Origin: Leucoraja ocellata | Taxonomy: Eukaryota | Direction of reading: 5' to 3' | DNA length: 64,000 nucleotides | NCBI GenBank assembly: GCA_036785375.1 | Contig: JAWMAR010000187.1 | Location: 4,464,001 to 4,528,000, forward strand | Shown: piece after piece, positions 62,600 to 64,000 of the stretch | Position numbering within the stretch: position 1 is the stretch's first letter | How the letters are laid out: the number at the start of each line of letters is the position of its first letter | Program-made: the position numbers and the translations under genes | The notes under the pieces: generated by a model | Seen by the model: the letters and a program-made list of their open reading frames with translations, nothing else | Told to the model about the DNA's origin: nothing | The model's database searches: none

Positions 62600-63250
62600 T
62601 TAATATAGGCAGGGCAGTATATGCTGGCCATGTGGGCTTTGGTAGGGCATTTAACAAGGTCTTACACAGTAGTCTGATGCAGAGAGTAAAGCACATGGGA
62701 TCCAAGGCAAGATGGCTAATTGGATCCAAAATTGCCTTCGGAGTTAGGAGACAGAGGGCAATGGTGGACGGACGCTTTTCTGATTAGAAGTCTGCAACCA
62801 GCTAAGTACAACAGGGATTTGTGTTGGGGCACATGTTGTCTGTGATCTGCATGAATGACTTGGATGTGAATGTTGGAGGCATGGTTAGAATGTTTGAAGG
62901 TGACATGAAAATCGGTGGTGTTGTGCACAGGGAGGGAGGTTGGCTAAAGTGACTGCAGGATATAGATCAGATGGAAATTTAGTCAGAGCTTGGCCAGATG
63001 AAATGTAATCACTACAAATGCGAGGTGTCCGATTTTGGGAAATCAAACAGGGCTTGGGCATATTAAGTAAATGGAATGGCTTTCAGGAATGTCGATGAAT
63101 GGGGTTCAAGTCCATAGTTCCCTGAAAGTGAAAACATTGGTAAATAGGGTGGTAGAGAAGGCATATGGCCTGCCTGCCTGCCTTTATAGGTCAGGAAACA
63201 GAAAATTAAAGTTAGGACATTACATTGCAACTTTGCAAAACACTGCTTAG
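62600..63250 (+). mobile_element. Old CR1 RT-domain relic
   Basis: AFNKVLHSSLMQRVKHMG..WL..RRQRAMVDG.FSD remnant. Confidence 0.75.
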
Positions 63251-63669
63251 TTGGGACAGGCAGCTGCCAGAAATCAGTGGTGTTTTAATTTAAATGAACA
63301 GATTGAAATCATTGCATCCCAATGGCAATTTGAAGTTTCATCACAACTCAGCAGGAAGGAGGAAGAGGAGCAACAATGGAACTAAATCTCGTTCCAAATC
63401 ATTGAGAAGCAGAAGTATTCCCCTGGGCTTTCCTGCCCACTCTCCTGACAGTGAAGCTCTTCTGGACATGCTCCCTGTACAGCTGGTCCTTTAGGTCCCC
63501 CACTGATAACTGACTGACTGAGGTCTGGGTCAATCACCATCCACCTCAGTCCCTGCTGGCATAACTTCAGTTACGTGTGGAGCTTTCATGTTATTCGGTG
63601 GCATCACAGCTTTTGGCATCAATGTGGTTATCTCACAGCTCCACTTACCAGAGTTGCAACCTGACAGTG

Positions 63670-63962
63670 TAGTTTAGATATACAGCATGGAAACAGGCCC
63701 TCCAGCCCACCGAGTTCGTGCCAACCAGAGATCCCCGAACACTAGCACTGTCCTACACACAAGGGACAATTTACAATCTTTACCAAAGACAATTAACCTA
63801 CAAAACTGTGCGTCTTTAGAATGTAGGAGGAAACCGGAGCATCCGGAAAAAACCCATGCGGTAACAGTGAGAGCGTACAAACTCCGCACAGACAGCACAC
63901 GTAGTCAGGGTTGAACCTGGGTCTCTAGCACTGTAAGGCAGCAACTCTATCGCTGTGCTGCC
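63670..63962 (-). mobile_element. V-SINE (HE1-like)
   Basis: Same family features as 30815-31137. Confidence 0.88.
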
Positions 63963-64000
63963 CTTATTCATCTATTTATCATTTGCTGAGCAATGTTGCA

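Overview
Eukaryotic, repeat-dense, essentially non-coding DNA (intronic or intergenic). The repeat content points to a cartilaginous fish, most likely a skate or ray; this is an inference. Repeats seen: CR1 3' fragments, HE1/V-SINE-like tRNA SINEs, Rex1, L1 and L2 relics, Penelope-like elements (PLE), a decayed Tc1, Harbinger-type MITEs and Helitron-type elements. No host protein-coding exon could be identified with confidence, and almost all ORFs in the track are transposon-derived or spurious. One CpG-rich promoter-like island lies at about 27.9-28.3 kb. The most notable signals are catalytic-RNA motifs carried by small retroelements. (1) A 140-bp element at 34164-34303 begins exactly at G1 of a minimal HDV/CPEB3-like ribozyme fold and ends in an (AAG)n tail. 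(2) About two dozen short PLE-derived inserts carry a minimal hammerhead motif, many with 11-18 bp target-site duplications (TSDs); several are fold-back palindromes that turn at the hammerhead stem II. An uninterrupted, 5'-truncated RT + GIY-YIG PLE ORF at 22.5-24.0 kb is their likely partner. Also present: a TIR element with a 7-bp TSD, a CR1-derived 33-bp minisatellite, and two different MITEs inserted at the same site of the SINE head. All structures were read by eye; no searches or folding programs were run, and boundaries of degraded repeats are approximate.
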